This document shows positions 9,961-20,106 of a DNA stretch of 39,733 nucleotides, piece by piece. The stretch is taken from positions 1 to 39,733 of the forward strand of contig JWZX01003151.1 of the NCBI GenBank assembly GCA_001275005.1. The letters are read 5' to 3'. A program made the translations under genes and the position numbers. The stretch is from Chrysochromulina tobinii. Its lineage: Eukaryota. The notes under the pieces were generated by a model that was given only the letters and a program-made list of their open reading frames with translations, made no database searches and was not told the origin of the DNA. Each line of letters begins with the position of its first letter. The stretch's first letter is position 1.

Positions 9961-11466
9961 ATGTGGCGCCGTCCCACTCCCCCAGTCACCACCAGAACCT
10001 CCCACGAAGGGGACGCGCCAGCAGCAAACGCTCAACAGCCAGCGGCGGCGCTGAGGAACTGTCAAACGCTGGGGAATGCGGAGACGGGACTGGAGGCGGG
10101 GGTGACGGCGGCGCTTCTTCCAACCCGCCGAGCCTCTGCCATCGAACATCTCGACGGCAGAGGCTCGGCTCTCTGGAATCAAGGAGGCAAGGAGGAGGCG
10201 CTCTTGAAGATGATGTACCAGGATCGACGCGCGGCTGCTCTTCGAGATGGTTTGTTGCATGGCGTCAACTCGCTCGCGGCCGTGCAAACGGACAATTCGT
10301 CGTCGCTGCGCGGGGCGTTATTAGCTCTTTGTTTGATCTTCGCGAGTTACTTGCTGGTCGCGGCGCTTGTGCTACGACCCTTCGAAGGCTGGTCTCATGC
10401 GGACAGTGCTTACTTTGCCGTCGTGACGTTCACGACAATTGGGTATGGCGATATCACGCCCAAAACGGATGCGGGCAAGGTGATCTCGTTGATGCTGGCG
10501 ATAGGTGGGCTGCTGACCGTCACGGCGGCGCTCAACTATACCGGCACGATCATGGCCAAGGAGAACAAGCGGCAGGAGCTCGAGGAGCAGCTCCGTCACC
10601 TTGAGGCCGAGACGAGTGCAGCGGCCGAGACGGCCGAGTCGTTGAGCCGGAAGACCGGGCCGACGGCAACTGCGAAAGTGCCGCCCGATCCCCGCCCGTG
10701 GGTGCAGAGTGCGTGGTGGTTTTTCGGCGCGATACGCCCGCTGCTCGCCTCGATCACATGCATGACGCTACTCGGCATCATCTGCGAGGGTTGGAATCTT
10801 CTCGATTCCGTCTACTTTGCTCTCATCTCCATCCTCACGGTGGGCTACGGAGACTACGCGCCGAAGTCACGAGTGGGGCGCACGCTCTGCACCTTCTTCC
10901 TGCCCATTGCATGCGCCGCCGCGCTGGGTTCGATAGCGGCGCTCAGCTCGGCGCTTGTCCGGATGACCATCGCAAAGTCCGCAGCACGCGAGAACGATCT
11001 CGACGAGCAGATCACACGCATGCGCCGGATGGTCGAGTTCGGCGCGGGCGATGCGGGGCTTGTGAGCGAGGCTGACTTTATCTGCATCACCCTCGTCGAG
11101 CTCGGCCTTGTTGACAACGCAGCGCTCGGCAAGGTGCGTGAGCAGTTTTACCACTTCGACAAGCTGGCAGTGGGATACCTGAGCATCGATTCTTACAAGG
11201 AGCTGCTGCAGCTCAAGCAAGGCGGCCACAAGAGGAAGTGGCACCTGGCTTCATCCTCGTTGGTACGCCAGCGTCGCGTGGCCGACGTGCTGGGCGCCCT
11301 CATGGTCGCAGGGCCCGAAGCGCGCGCCGAGCGCGCGGCACGCATCGCCTCAGCCGAGAGCGTCGAGCCCGTGGCGATGACGAATGATCTACGCGCATCG
11401 CAACGGCGGCACTCGGAGCCAGAGTTGCCAGGGGCAGGACATCCTTCTCAGCTGAGAATGCTCTGA
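9961..11466 (+). CDS. Two-pore-domain potassium channel (TPK/K2P-like) with EF-hand-like C-terminus
   Basis: Two pore loops (YFAVVTFTTIGYGDITP; YFALISILTVGYGDYAP), four hydrophobic helices, degenerate EF-hand-like segments. True start uncertain. Confidence 0.88.
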   Translation: MWRRPTPPVTTRTSHEGDAPAANAQQPAAALRNCQTLGNAETGLEAGVTAALLPTRRASAIEHLDGRGSALWNQGGKEEALLKMMYQDRRAAALRDGLLHGVNSLAAVQTDNSSSLRGALLALCLIFASYLLVAALVLRPFEGWSHADSAYFAVVTFTTIGYGDITPKTDAGKVISLMLAIGGLLTVTAALNYTGTIMAKENKRQELEEQLRHLEAETSAAAETAESLSRKTGPTATAKVPPDPRPWVQSAWWFFGAIRPLLASITCMTLLGIICEGWNLLDSVYFALISILTVGYGDYAPKSRVGRTLCTFFLPIACAAALGSIAALSSALVRMTIAKSAARENDLDEQITRMRRMVEFGAGDAGLVSEADFICITLVELGLVDNAALGKVREQFYHFDKLAVGYLSIDSYKELLQLKQGGHKRKWHLASSSLVRQRRVADVLGALMVAGPEARAERAARIASAESVEPVAMTNDLRASQRRHSEPELPGAGHPSQLRML

Positions 11467-12906
11467 TGAGGCTCCAGAAGGGGCTGGACAGCTGCTGGTC
11501 CCCTGCCGTGCCTGTGCCCTCGCACACCTGTCGTGTGGCCTGGGGCGGTGAGCCGCCACTCCACTGAGGGTTCTGACCAGCCCACGGAAGCTCAGGAATT
11601 TGCAACAGATGCTGCGACTGTTTGAGAGTGTTTATCGGTGTCGTATCTGTCGTTGCGTTCAAACCTGTACGTACTGGACAACGAGTCATGAAAGAACATG
11701 CGTCTCGCGCCACAGGCTACAACCTACATCAACACGGGTTGGTGCCGTCTCCCTTTTCTCTCGAGATTACGAGGCTCGTGACGGACCCTCTCCCTACATG
11801 TTCGCACCGGACCAGCACAAAGAGGGAGACGGCACCAACACGTCTCGGAGATGGTCCGTCAAGCCTCGTAATGTCGGTTCTGCTGGTCCCGCGACTCTAT
11901 GGCCCAGCTCTTTGAGCTCGATTCATGGTTGTTGATCATCTTCAGCGTGAGCATTTCGAGATTTGTCTTGGTTGCCGCGCCGCCCGGATCATGATACGAG
12001 AGCATCGCGGTGGCCTGTGCCGGTAAAGGCGGTACGCATCCGATCATGGCAACCTCCATGGCGAGCTGCGAGTAGTTGGCGGAGTGTGTATGGTGAAAGG
12101 CGGGCAGCGGGCAGCCCTTGTGGGCCTCGAGCCTCATTGATTGTGAAAGCATGTAGTCTCGTTTCGATAGTCTCTCCCAAACGGGCTTTTTGTTGCTCCC
12201 GGGGAGCTTAAAGGGCAGCTGCTTCTCGATCTCTTCACGGTCACGGTTCATGGTCCAAGTGTGCGTCGAGGTGCGATTGTAGGTGAGGAACTCAGCTTCG
12301 CGAAGAGAAAATCACTGACGCTTTTCGCTCACCTCCTCTCTTGGCACAGGGGTTGGACACGTTTTCGTCGCGCTCAATTCGTCATGTTTCGCGTTTCGTC
12401 GAGTTTCGTCGTGCTCCACGCTGTTTCGCGTGAACGCTCTGACCCAGGCGCGCGATTTGACGTCGCGAAGTTTGACTTTGAGGCGAGGGGGCGTGGGGCC
12501 GACGGCCGGGTTATTTTGGTGGTCCCCTGCGGGGCGTGCGGTGCGATAGTTGGTGAAATTTCACCCATTCGGTTCGGAGCGTTATCCCAGCCGCGCCCCC
12601 CGAGGCCCGCCTCCTCGCTACGCTCCTGTGCATCGCCTCCACACACCTCCGACACCCGCCCGCCCCACGCTGCCTCGGCTAACGTGTGTCTCATTGCGGA
12701 CACGGGACCGCGGGCCCATGTCAGATGCCTTTCTCAAAATCGGCGTCCACCGCCTCTCAAAGCGCGCACCTCAACTTCCTCACAGTGGGCGCAGACCGCA
12801 CTGTTCCGCGCACTGTCAAACAGCATCGTTGTAGTCCTACGGCACGCGCGCCCAGTTGACCACCCAGTTGTAGTCAACTGGGTGCCGGCGCGGCCTCACC
12901 CATCCG

Positions 12907-14499
12907 CTATGCGCGCTTCTCTTTGGCGGTCTTGTGGAACACCCGGAGCGCGAGATGCGCCTGGCATAGCGTTGCGAGGGCATGTGCCGACGCACACATG
13001 AGGAAGATCTGGTGCTGCGGCAGGTAGTCAGAGAGCATCGTGCCCGCAGCCACGAGCATGTTGAGCGGCAGCCGGAAAAGGTTGTTCACCGTCGACTGCT
13101 GCGCATCGGGCACGTACTTGGAGCGGTGCGTCGCCACGCACGGCTGGAATGCGCCGACGCACATCTCGAAGCCCAGGAAGGCCGCGAAGTGCACGCCAAA
13201 AGAGGCGTGGATGCCGCAGCCGTATAGTCCGCAGACGACGGGCACGGCCATGCACACGAAAGAGAGCAGAAAGATGAGCACACCGATGGTCTCGACGGCG
13301 AGGAAGCGCGCGGCCAGTCCGTAAACCTCGCCGCCGATCGAGATGGCCGCCATCAGGCATGAGAAGATGAGTCCTTGCACGGGCGCGATCTTGTCGTAGC
13401 CTCCCAGCGCCGAGGCGAGCGTAGGTACCCAATTGAAGACGAATGTGTACATCGCACCCTCGAAGAGAGCGTACACGGCGCCGACGACGAGCAGCGCTGA
13501 GTCGCCGCGCACAACCAGCCACGCCGCCCATAGCCCCGCCTCGCTCGACTCGGCCGACTCGGCCGACTCGGCCGACGCGACAGCGCCTTTGGCATGGTCA
13601 TCAACAGTTGTCCGTTCAGTGCTGCGGTGCACGACGCCGTTGGGCCCAGCTGTGCCGCCCGCATTGGTGCTGCTGTCTCCGCCGCTGTTGCCGTCGCCGT
13701 GGTCGCCACCAGTGCTGCCGTAATTCTCGGTCCAGGATGTGATATTCAGGCCGGCGAGCGCGGTGAGTGCCATTGCCAGCTGGAAGGGCCCAATGTCGCC
13801 GCGAATGTCGGCGGAGATCTGCGCGAGCACGCCGGCCACAATGGCCGTGGCTCCATTCCACACGGCACAGAGCGCAAACGTGCGCCCGATCCACTCTTCG
13901 GGGAATCCCCGGATGCGGTGCTCCGTCACCATCCACGCCTCAAAGGCCGAGAAGAGGAGCGACGTCGAGATGCCGCCGAGCACGCGACCAACGAGCAGCA
14001 GTCCCATGTGGTTGAAGTGCTCGAGGAAATTGATGGTCAGCTCGAGTGCGATGTACACGAGGCACGCGCGCTTGCGGCCGTATCGATCCACAAACGGGCC
14101 TGTTGGCGTCCCGAAGACGGCAGCAGCCACAAAGCCTGTGAAGAACAGCGTGCCGACAGCGACGTTGCTGCCCTCCTCCTTGGCATAGCTGGAGTAGAGC
14201 GTGTACATGTGTGTGCCCTGCATCCAGTCGGCCAACATAATGATCACGTACACAGAGAGGTACGAGCGCTGGAAGGAAGCAAAATCGGCTGCCTTGGCCT
14301 GATTGGTGACGGTCGTCTTCTGCTGCGCAGCTCGGCTGTCTACAAACAACCGAACAAGCATGCAAAGCAGCGCCACAGCGACGAGGACGACAAATGCGCC
14401 GACTGCCCATTCGCGGCCAGCCGTTTGCGAAGCGACCGATGAGATTACCCATGAGCTCCAGCATGTCCCTTCGGACAAGGCTTTGGGCGAGCACCCCAT
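12907..14499 (-). CDS. Major facilitator transporter, MFSD5/MOT2 (DUF791, molybdate-anion transporter) family
   Basis: FQRSYLSVY...ADWMQGTHMYTLY, GRVLGGISTSLLFSAFEAWMVTEH, FEGAMYTFVFNWVP, RSKYVP...NLFRLPLN; multiple TM helices. Confidence 0.88.
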   Translation of the reverse strand: MGCSPKALSEGTCWSSWVISSVASQTAGREWAVGAFVVLVAVALLCMLVRLFVDSRAAQQKTTVTNQAKAADFASFQRSYLSVYVIIMLADWMQGTHMYTLYSSYAKEEGSNVAVGTLFFTGFVAAAVFGTPTGPFVDRYGRKRACLVYIALELTINFLEHFNHMGLLLVGRVLGGISTSLLFSAFEAWMVTEHRIRGFPEEWIGRTFALCAVWNGATAIVAGVLAQISADIRGDIGPFQLAMALTALAGLNITSWTENYGSTGGDHGDGNSGGDSSTNAGGTAGPNGVVHRSTERTTVDDHAKGAVASAESAESAESSEAGLWAAWLVVRGDSALLVVGAVYALFEGAMYTFVFNWVPTLASALGGYDKIAPVQGLIFSCLMAAISIGGEVYGLAARFLAVETIGVLIFLLSFVCMAVPVVCGLYGCGIHASFGVHFAAFLGFEMCVGAFQPCVATHRSKYVPDAQQSTVNNLFRLPLNMLVAAGTMLSDYLPQHQIFLMCASAHALATLCQAHLALRVFHKTAKEKRA

Positions 14500-14898
14500 T
14501 GCGCGTCCACGAGCGGGCCCACGCGGGCGCGCGAGATTCACCGGAGATCGGGTGTTTCATCGGGCGTCGTGTACATGTACGTCGTTCTTTTGCGCCAAGA
14601 AGCGATGTATTATCAGCGAGTGTCTTAAACTGCACGGCACCCACGCCCCATCTATGGGGTGGTCAAAGTACTGTGGGCACAGGCCACAGCTCCAGGGGTA
14701 GCCGCTTCATCCACTGGAACATCTGGGCTCTCCAGGGGCAGCACAAGTGTACGGAAACGCTCAGCAAAACCCAATGTTTTTGATAGCATGCATTTCAGTT
14801 CCGTGCGATGCAGCTGTGGAAGGAAGCGAAGGGGACCAGACTTCTATTTCTCGCAATTCGCGTCAGTCCCGTATTCGCACCACGAGGGTGTGTTTGCG

Positions 14899-16875
14899 AT
14901 GGACCCCACGCTGCCGATAGCGATGCCTCGTGGCATGTCTCTGAGCACCAAACGCAGAGAGCACGTGGTCGCTGACGCCACTCTGATAGCTGCCACAATC
15001 GTCCTGGCATTCCTCTCAATAGGTCTCGAGCTCCAGTGCCGGCGCTGGATCGATCGTGATGTTTTGCTCGGTAACTTTGACGACGACCGGCTGGCTGCTG
15101 AGCTGGCCGAGGTCGAGCAGGAAATAACAGCATCCTTCTCCCAGAGCGAGATCGATGCGAGCAGCGAAGACCGTCCGGGTCGCGACCCATCAACCATTGA
15201 CCCGATGACACCCAATGTCGACGGCGAGTTTGAGGTACCCTCGACGGCCATGTTGCAATCGACGTTGCAAAAAGGTAACGACGTCTTGCTCGCATCGCGT
15301 CTCCTCTTCCCCGTCCTGGACGAGGCATGGATGGCCCTCGAGCTCGCCGCGGACGTGCCAGCCGGAGCGTATGCCATCGAGACCAGTGAGATCATCGGCC
15401 GCTTGGCTGTACACCAGTCCGGCGGCTGCCTCCTCGTTCAGGTCCGCTTCGGCGGCGAGTGGCACGTGCTCGTCGGGGCGCCGCGCCGCCCCACATTCCC
15501 GCCTGCCGACGCACCACTCGTGTACCGCGTGAGCGTGCCGCATCCGTTCGACGGTATGCGCCTACTGGCGAGCACCAGCCCAGCTGCAGTGGGCAGCGAA
15601 GGCAGCAGCAGCGGCGGCCGCCTGAGCTTGCGCCACCTCGGCACGCCACTTCCCACACCGCCGCCACCACCACCGCAGAAGCGCTCGCGCTTCCTCCTCT
15701 TCGAACTGGATCGAGGGTTTGGCGCGGCGCACCTCGGCCTCTTCAACGGCATTGCGCTCGCCTGGCTGCTCAACGTCACCGCCGTGCTGCCGCGCATCCA
15801 CACGTACCACGATCTCGAGACTGGATTACGCCGAGCCGACGCGGGCGCGTCCTCCGCCTTTGTGCCCTTTGAGACCTTCTTCGACGCCGAGGCGTTCATC
15901 AGCGCGCTCTCGCCAATGGTGCGTGTCGTGCGCAGGCTGCCTGCTGCCCTTGATGAGCTGGCCGACCATGAGGTCACGCAGCCGGTCGCCTTCATCAACC
16001 CGGCCGTGCCGACCCAGATGCCTGGCGCGGCAAGTAACGGCAGAGCGGGTGCCGGTGGTGCACCGGCGTCGACGGGCGGCCTCGCGCTGCTTCCGACTGA
16101 CCTTCAGCGGCTGTGGGATCACTACAAGACGCACAACGTGCTGCGAGTGCGCTCGCTCGCACGCAAGCTTGTATGGAGCACTCCTGCCCTTGCCCACCTG
16201 CGGCTGCTTTTGCACGCGGCGATACGCCCCGCCGCTGCGATCGACAGATTGGCGGCGCATCTCGAGCGCGAGATGCTTGCCTTTGGCGAGCGCAAGAACC
16301 TCTCGGGCAGTTTCGTGAGCATGCACCTCCCGCTCGGCAGCGGCTGGGAGGAGTTTTGCAGGCAAGAGCGGCTGTCGACGCTCGGCGACGGCCACAGCGC
16401 AATGTTTGGCGGGGCCAGCGGCGCCAGCGCGAGGGGCCGTCATGCTGCAGGCAGCGATGTGGACGACGAGAGCGACTGGCGACGATGCGACTTGAGCGCC
16501 GAGGCGGTGACCCAAGTCCTCGAGGAGCGACAGGTGGGGGACCTCTCTCGGCTTCTCTATGTGGCAGGCACCCTCAACATTTCGCACATCCAGCAGCTAC
16601 ACAAGCAGCGCTTTGCGGTGATGTCGCGCGCCCGCTTCACAGTCGATATCCACCCGGACCTCGCACCCGCTGTCGACATGGCGCTGTGCCGGCGCGCGCC
16701 GCTCTTCATTGGCAACGCGTTCTCGTCCTTCTCGTTTGTGCTCCGCGAAGCCCGATTAGCAGTGGGCGAGAGCGAACGTGCCATGTACTACAATGCCGAC
16801 CACGAGGCGACCGCGGGCGATCTCACTCCCGAGGAGGCGCTGCGGTGGAACGTGCTGCCGTGGGTCCCGTCATAG
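14899..16875 (+). CDS. Type II membrane O-fucosyltransferase-like glycosyltransferase
   Basis: N-terminal TM; GIALAWLLNVTAVLP, FETFFD, FVSMHL, LYVAG and VDMALCRRAPLFIGNAFSSFS resemble O-FucT/GT-B fucosyltransferase motifs. Confidence 0.65.
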   Translation: MDPTLPIAMPRGMSLSTKRREHVVADATLIAATIVLAFLSIGLELQCRRWIDRDVLLGNFDDDRLAAELAEVEQEITASFSQSEIDASSEDRPGRDPSTIDPMTPNVDGEFEVPSTAMLQSTLQKGNDVLLASRLLFPVLDEAWMALELAADVPAGAYAIETSEIIGRLAVHQSGGCLLVQVRFGGEWHVLVGAPRRPTFPPADAPLVYRVSVPHPFDGMRLLASTSPAAVGSEGSSSGGRLSLRHLGTPLPTPPPPPPQKRSRFLLFELDRGFGAAHLGLFNGIALAWLLNVTAVLPRIHTYHDLETGLRRADAGASSAFVPFETFFDAEAFISALSPMVRVVRRLPAALDELADHEVTQPVAFINPAVPTQMPGAASNGRAGAGGAPASTGGLALLPTDLQRLWDHYKTHNVLRVRSLARKLVWSTPALAHLRLLLHAAIRPAAAIDRLAAHLEREMLAFGERKNLSGSFVSMHLPLGSGWEEFCRQERLSTLGDGHSAMFGGASGASARGRHAAGSDVDDESDWRRCDLSAEAVTQVLEERQVGDLSRLLYVAGTLNISHIQQLHKQRFAVMSRARFTVDIHPDLAPAVDMALCRRAPLFIGNAFSSFSFVLREARLAVGESERAMYYNADHEATAGDLTPEEALRWNVLPWVPS

Positions 16876-17414
16876 CTTTGAAGGTTTGAATCTCAGGTCG
16901 CGACGCGCGACCTTCGCGGTACACGCGAAACACGCGTTTTACCGTGCTGCACATATTCGTACACACAGAATACTCAGATCTCAGTAGAAGTGCCCAGTAC
17001 CGGTACAGTAGAAGTGCCTACCCACCCCCCCAACGCACACGATGTGAGTGTGTGAATGTGAATGTGTGTATGCTGACTTCTATCTGAGCGGGCAGTAACA
17101 GTGCAGCACCGGTTGTTGTGTTTGTCGTGTTAACGTTCACACGACATGACACGATAGTTCGGACGCGCCCCTATCCGCGCTCCCGCGACAACGAAGTTTA
17201 CTATCGCGTTAGCGCACTAGCTTTCTGGACGACCTACTTTCCGCACATAGCTTGGAGTGCGCTCCGCGCTCTCTCTCTTTCACACTGGAAGTTCACACGC
17301 TCCATTCCTCAACGCGTCAAGCACTCTCTCTTCGCTCTTTCCGCGGCCGCCGTCAGGCTGCTGCGCTGATATTTCAAAAGCCCAGGCCGACAAGCCGCGA
17401 GTGTTGTCGACGGC

Positions 17415-19502
17415 ATGGCAATTGCACCCGAAAGAAGGCATCTAGTCTCGGCCGCTTATGGTCGTGAGCTGTCCGACGAGAAGACAACGGAGACTACGCT
17501 GCTCACCACCGAGTCGGTCGTTGCTGGCGTGGCACACAGCTGCCTGCGCGGGTGGCGACTGTCCATGGAGGACGAGGCGGTGCTCGAGCTGCTCACACCA
17601 GCGCTCGGCTGCTTCGCCGTGCTCGACGGTCACGGGGGCAGCTTCTGTTCGCGGTGGGGCGCCGACGAGCTGCCGCGGCGGCTGCATCACATCGCACTGT
17701 TGGTGGAGCGCTCTACCGAAGCCGACGAGGCGCGGCAGGTCGCTCAGCAGCTCTCCGAGGCGGTGCGACAGATGGACGCCGACCTGCGCACGCGTGGCCG
17801 ACCCGCGTGGGCGTGCGGCTCCACCCTGGTGGTGCTGCTCGTCACGGAGCGCTCGCTCACGGTGGCCAACCTGGGTGACTCGCGCGCAGTGCTATGCCGC
17901 GCGGGCATGGCGCTGCCGCTCTCGCGCGACCACAAGCCCAAGTCGGCGGCCGAGCGGCAGCGCATCCTGCAGGCGGGCGGCTTCATCGTCGACGGGCGCG
18001 TGAACGGAGACCTCTCCCTCTCGCGCGCCCTCGGCGACTTTCGGCACAAGTGCGTCGCCAACCTGCCGCCCGCCAAGCAGCCGATCTCCGCTGAGCCCGA
18101 GGTGCGCTGCACCGCGCGACTGCGCACTGATCTGTTCGTGGTGCTCGCGTGCGACGGAGTATGGGACGTCATGTCGTCGGCCGACGTCGTGGCCTTTGTG
18201 GCGCAGTTCCTCGAGCGCGCACCCGTTGCCACCGGCGCCAACGCTGCCGCGCCGCCGCCGGCCACTGCGCCGCCTCACGGCGCCGCCGCTGCGATGAAGC
18301 GCTCGGAGCAGGAGGCTGCCACGTGCGGCGCAGCGTGCGCGGCCCACGCGACAGGAAACGGCGTCGTCGGTGGCATCGGCAGTGGGGCCAACGGGGCCAA
18401 CGGCCACGGCTACAGCAGCAACGGGCAGGGCGGCGGCGCTGCGGCTTCAGCGTGTGGCCGACGGACGGCGGCGGCGGGAGGGACGGAGGAGCAGCGCGTC
18501 GCGACGGGTCTGATAATGGAGCGGCTGCTGGACGAGTGCTTGCGACGTGGCTCGACGGATAATATCTCGGCCGTGCTCGTGCTCCTCGAGCCCTCGTTGC
18601 GACCCCGCGAGCCGCTGCTACAGGCTGCGCGCCTGGAGCCCACGCCACCGCTGCATGCTCTACCTGCTCTGGTGGGCGGCGTGCCTCGCTCCGTTCACGC
18701 GGCCGCTCAGGCGCGCGTGCACACCTCCATGGTGCCTTCGCCCACACGGGCGCTGCCGCCAGGAGAGCCCGTCCCAGCCGCGGCGGCCATGGCGCCGCCG
18801 CCGCAGCAGCAGCCGCAGACGCAGCCGCAGACGCAGACGGCCTCGCTGCAGTCGGCCTCGCTGCTGTCAGCGCCGCCGGCGCCGACGACGTCAGGTGCAC
18901 CCTGTGCATCGTCGACGCTTGCCAACGGAAATGGCGCCCAAGCTCACCATGGCCTCGATTACGGCAACGGCGCGCCATCCGCAACCTTGCATGGTGCCAA
19001 GCCCTGCGGCGGGCATGCAGGGTCCACAGGGCTCCCCGCGCCCCCGTTTGAACGCTCTGGGGCCTTCGACAGCCTCTTCGGGAGCGCGCTTGCCGAGGGG
19101 CTGGCGCTCGGAGGGGTGCGCAGTGCCCGGCGGGCGCTGATGCTTGTGTGCGTGCTCCTCACGTGCCTCACCCTCGCCGGCTCGCAGCTGCTCACCGCGG
19201 GAGCGCCCACTCCCATCACGGTTGTCACCGTGGCGCACCAGCGCAACAGAAGGCAGCCGAGGCCGAAGCTCGCATCCTCCTTCAAAGGGATCGCCTCGAC
19301 GGGGCCGCTGTGGCGCCGCGCCAATGCGACGGCGAGCGCCGCGAGCCGGCGGCTGCAGCAGACCTATGAGCTCGCGTACGCGTCGCAGAATGCAACGACG
19401 CTGCAGATGAGCGTTACCTCCGAGCGAGCGCGTGCGCCCAGTATCACGGACAGCCCGCCGCACAGGGGCACTTCTGCGCGGACAGTCCCCCTCAGCATGT
19501 AG
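17415..19502 (+). CDS. Protein phosphatase 2C (PPM) with low-complexity insertion and long C-terminal extension
   Basis: GWRLSMED, FAVLDGHGG, VANLGDSRAVL, LSRDHKP, LSLSRALGD, LACDGVWDVMS, GSTDNISAVLV. Confidence 0.9.
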   Translation: MAIAPERRHLVSAAYGRELSDEKTTETTLLTTESVVAGVAHSCLRGWRLSMEDEAVLELLTPALGCFAVLDGHGGSFCSRWGADELPRRLHHIALLVERSTEADEARQVAQQLSEAVRQMDADLRTRGRPAWACGSTLVVLLVTERSLTVANLGDSRAVLCRAGMALPLSRDHKPKSAAERQRILQAGGFIVDGRVNGDLSLSRALGDFRHKCVANLPPAKQPISAEPEVRCTARLRTDLFVVLACDGVWDVMSSADVVAFVAQFLERAPVATGANAAAPPPATAPPHGAAAAMKRSEQEAATCGAACAAHATGNGVVGGIGSGANGANGHGYSSNGQGGGAAASACGRRTAAAGGTEEQRVATGLIMERLLDECLRRGSTDNISAVLVLLEPSLRPREPLLQAARLEPTPPLHALPALVGGVPRSVHAAAQARVHTSMVPSPTRALPPGEPVPAAAAMAPPPQQQPQTQPQTQTASLQSASLLSAPPAPTTSGAPCASSTLANGNGAQAHHGLDYGNGAPSATLHGAKPCGGHAGSTGLPAPPFERSGAFDSLFGSALAEGLALGGVRSARRALMLVCVLLTCLTLAGSQLLTAGAPTPITVVTVAHQRNRRQPRPKLASSFKGIASTGPLWRRANATASAASRRLQQTYELAYASQNATTLQMSVTSERARAPSITDSPPHRGTSARTVPLSM

Positions 19503-20106
19503 CCGCGACGCAGCCGCGGCACGCGCAGTAATAGTTACTCGAGGTGCGGTCCGGATGGTTCGCGATGGAGTCGATGCCATTTCCGGTTCTTTCGAGTCGC
19601 CGAGGTGGCTTCATACAGTCTCCCACTCGGGTGCAGTCGTCAGTGATTCGACGCCCCTCCGCCCCCTCGCGCGCTCCCCGCCTCCTCCGCCGCCCGCGCG
19701 CGGCCGGCGTTCCGCGTTTTCGCGTTACCGGGGCGCCCCGAGGCCGGGCGCGTGCCGGCGACGAAACTTATTAATACGTACACGCGCGCTGGGCGATCGG
19801 TTACGTAATCACCTACCGACAGTTTACAGATTACACGTACTTCATATATTACTTCATATTACCGGCGGAGCACCCCGGGCGACCGGCCCATCGCGACGTC
19901 CGGTCCGCTCCGCTCGGTCAGCGGCTGCGCACGTTACGTTACCCCCGCCCGTACCGGTCGCGGTCCGCGTCCCGGGTCGGCGCAACGGCGCGTGCTCTGG
20001 CGAGAGAGAGGGCTGCTTGAGGTGCTCGGTACCGTTGTACACGACCACCGGAGCCTGAACGCCTAACGGCATGTTGCAATTACACGTTCGCACCTCCACA
20101 AAGTCC

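Noticed and set aside
12261..13001. 246-aa + strand ORF
   Set aside because: GTG start, low coding character, and it overlaps the 3' end of the MFS gene.
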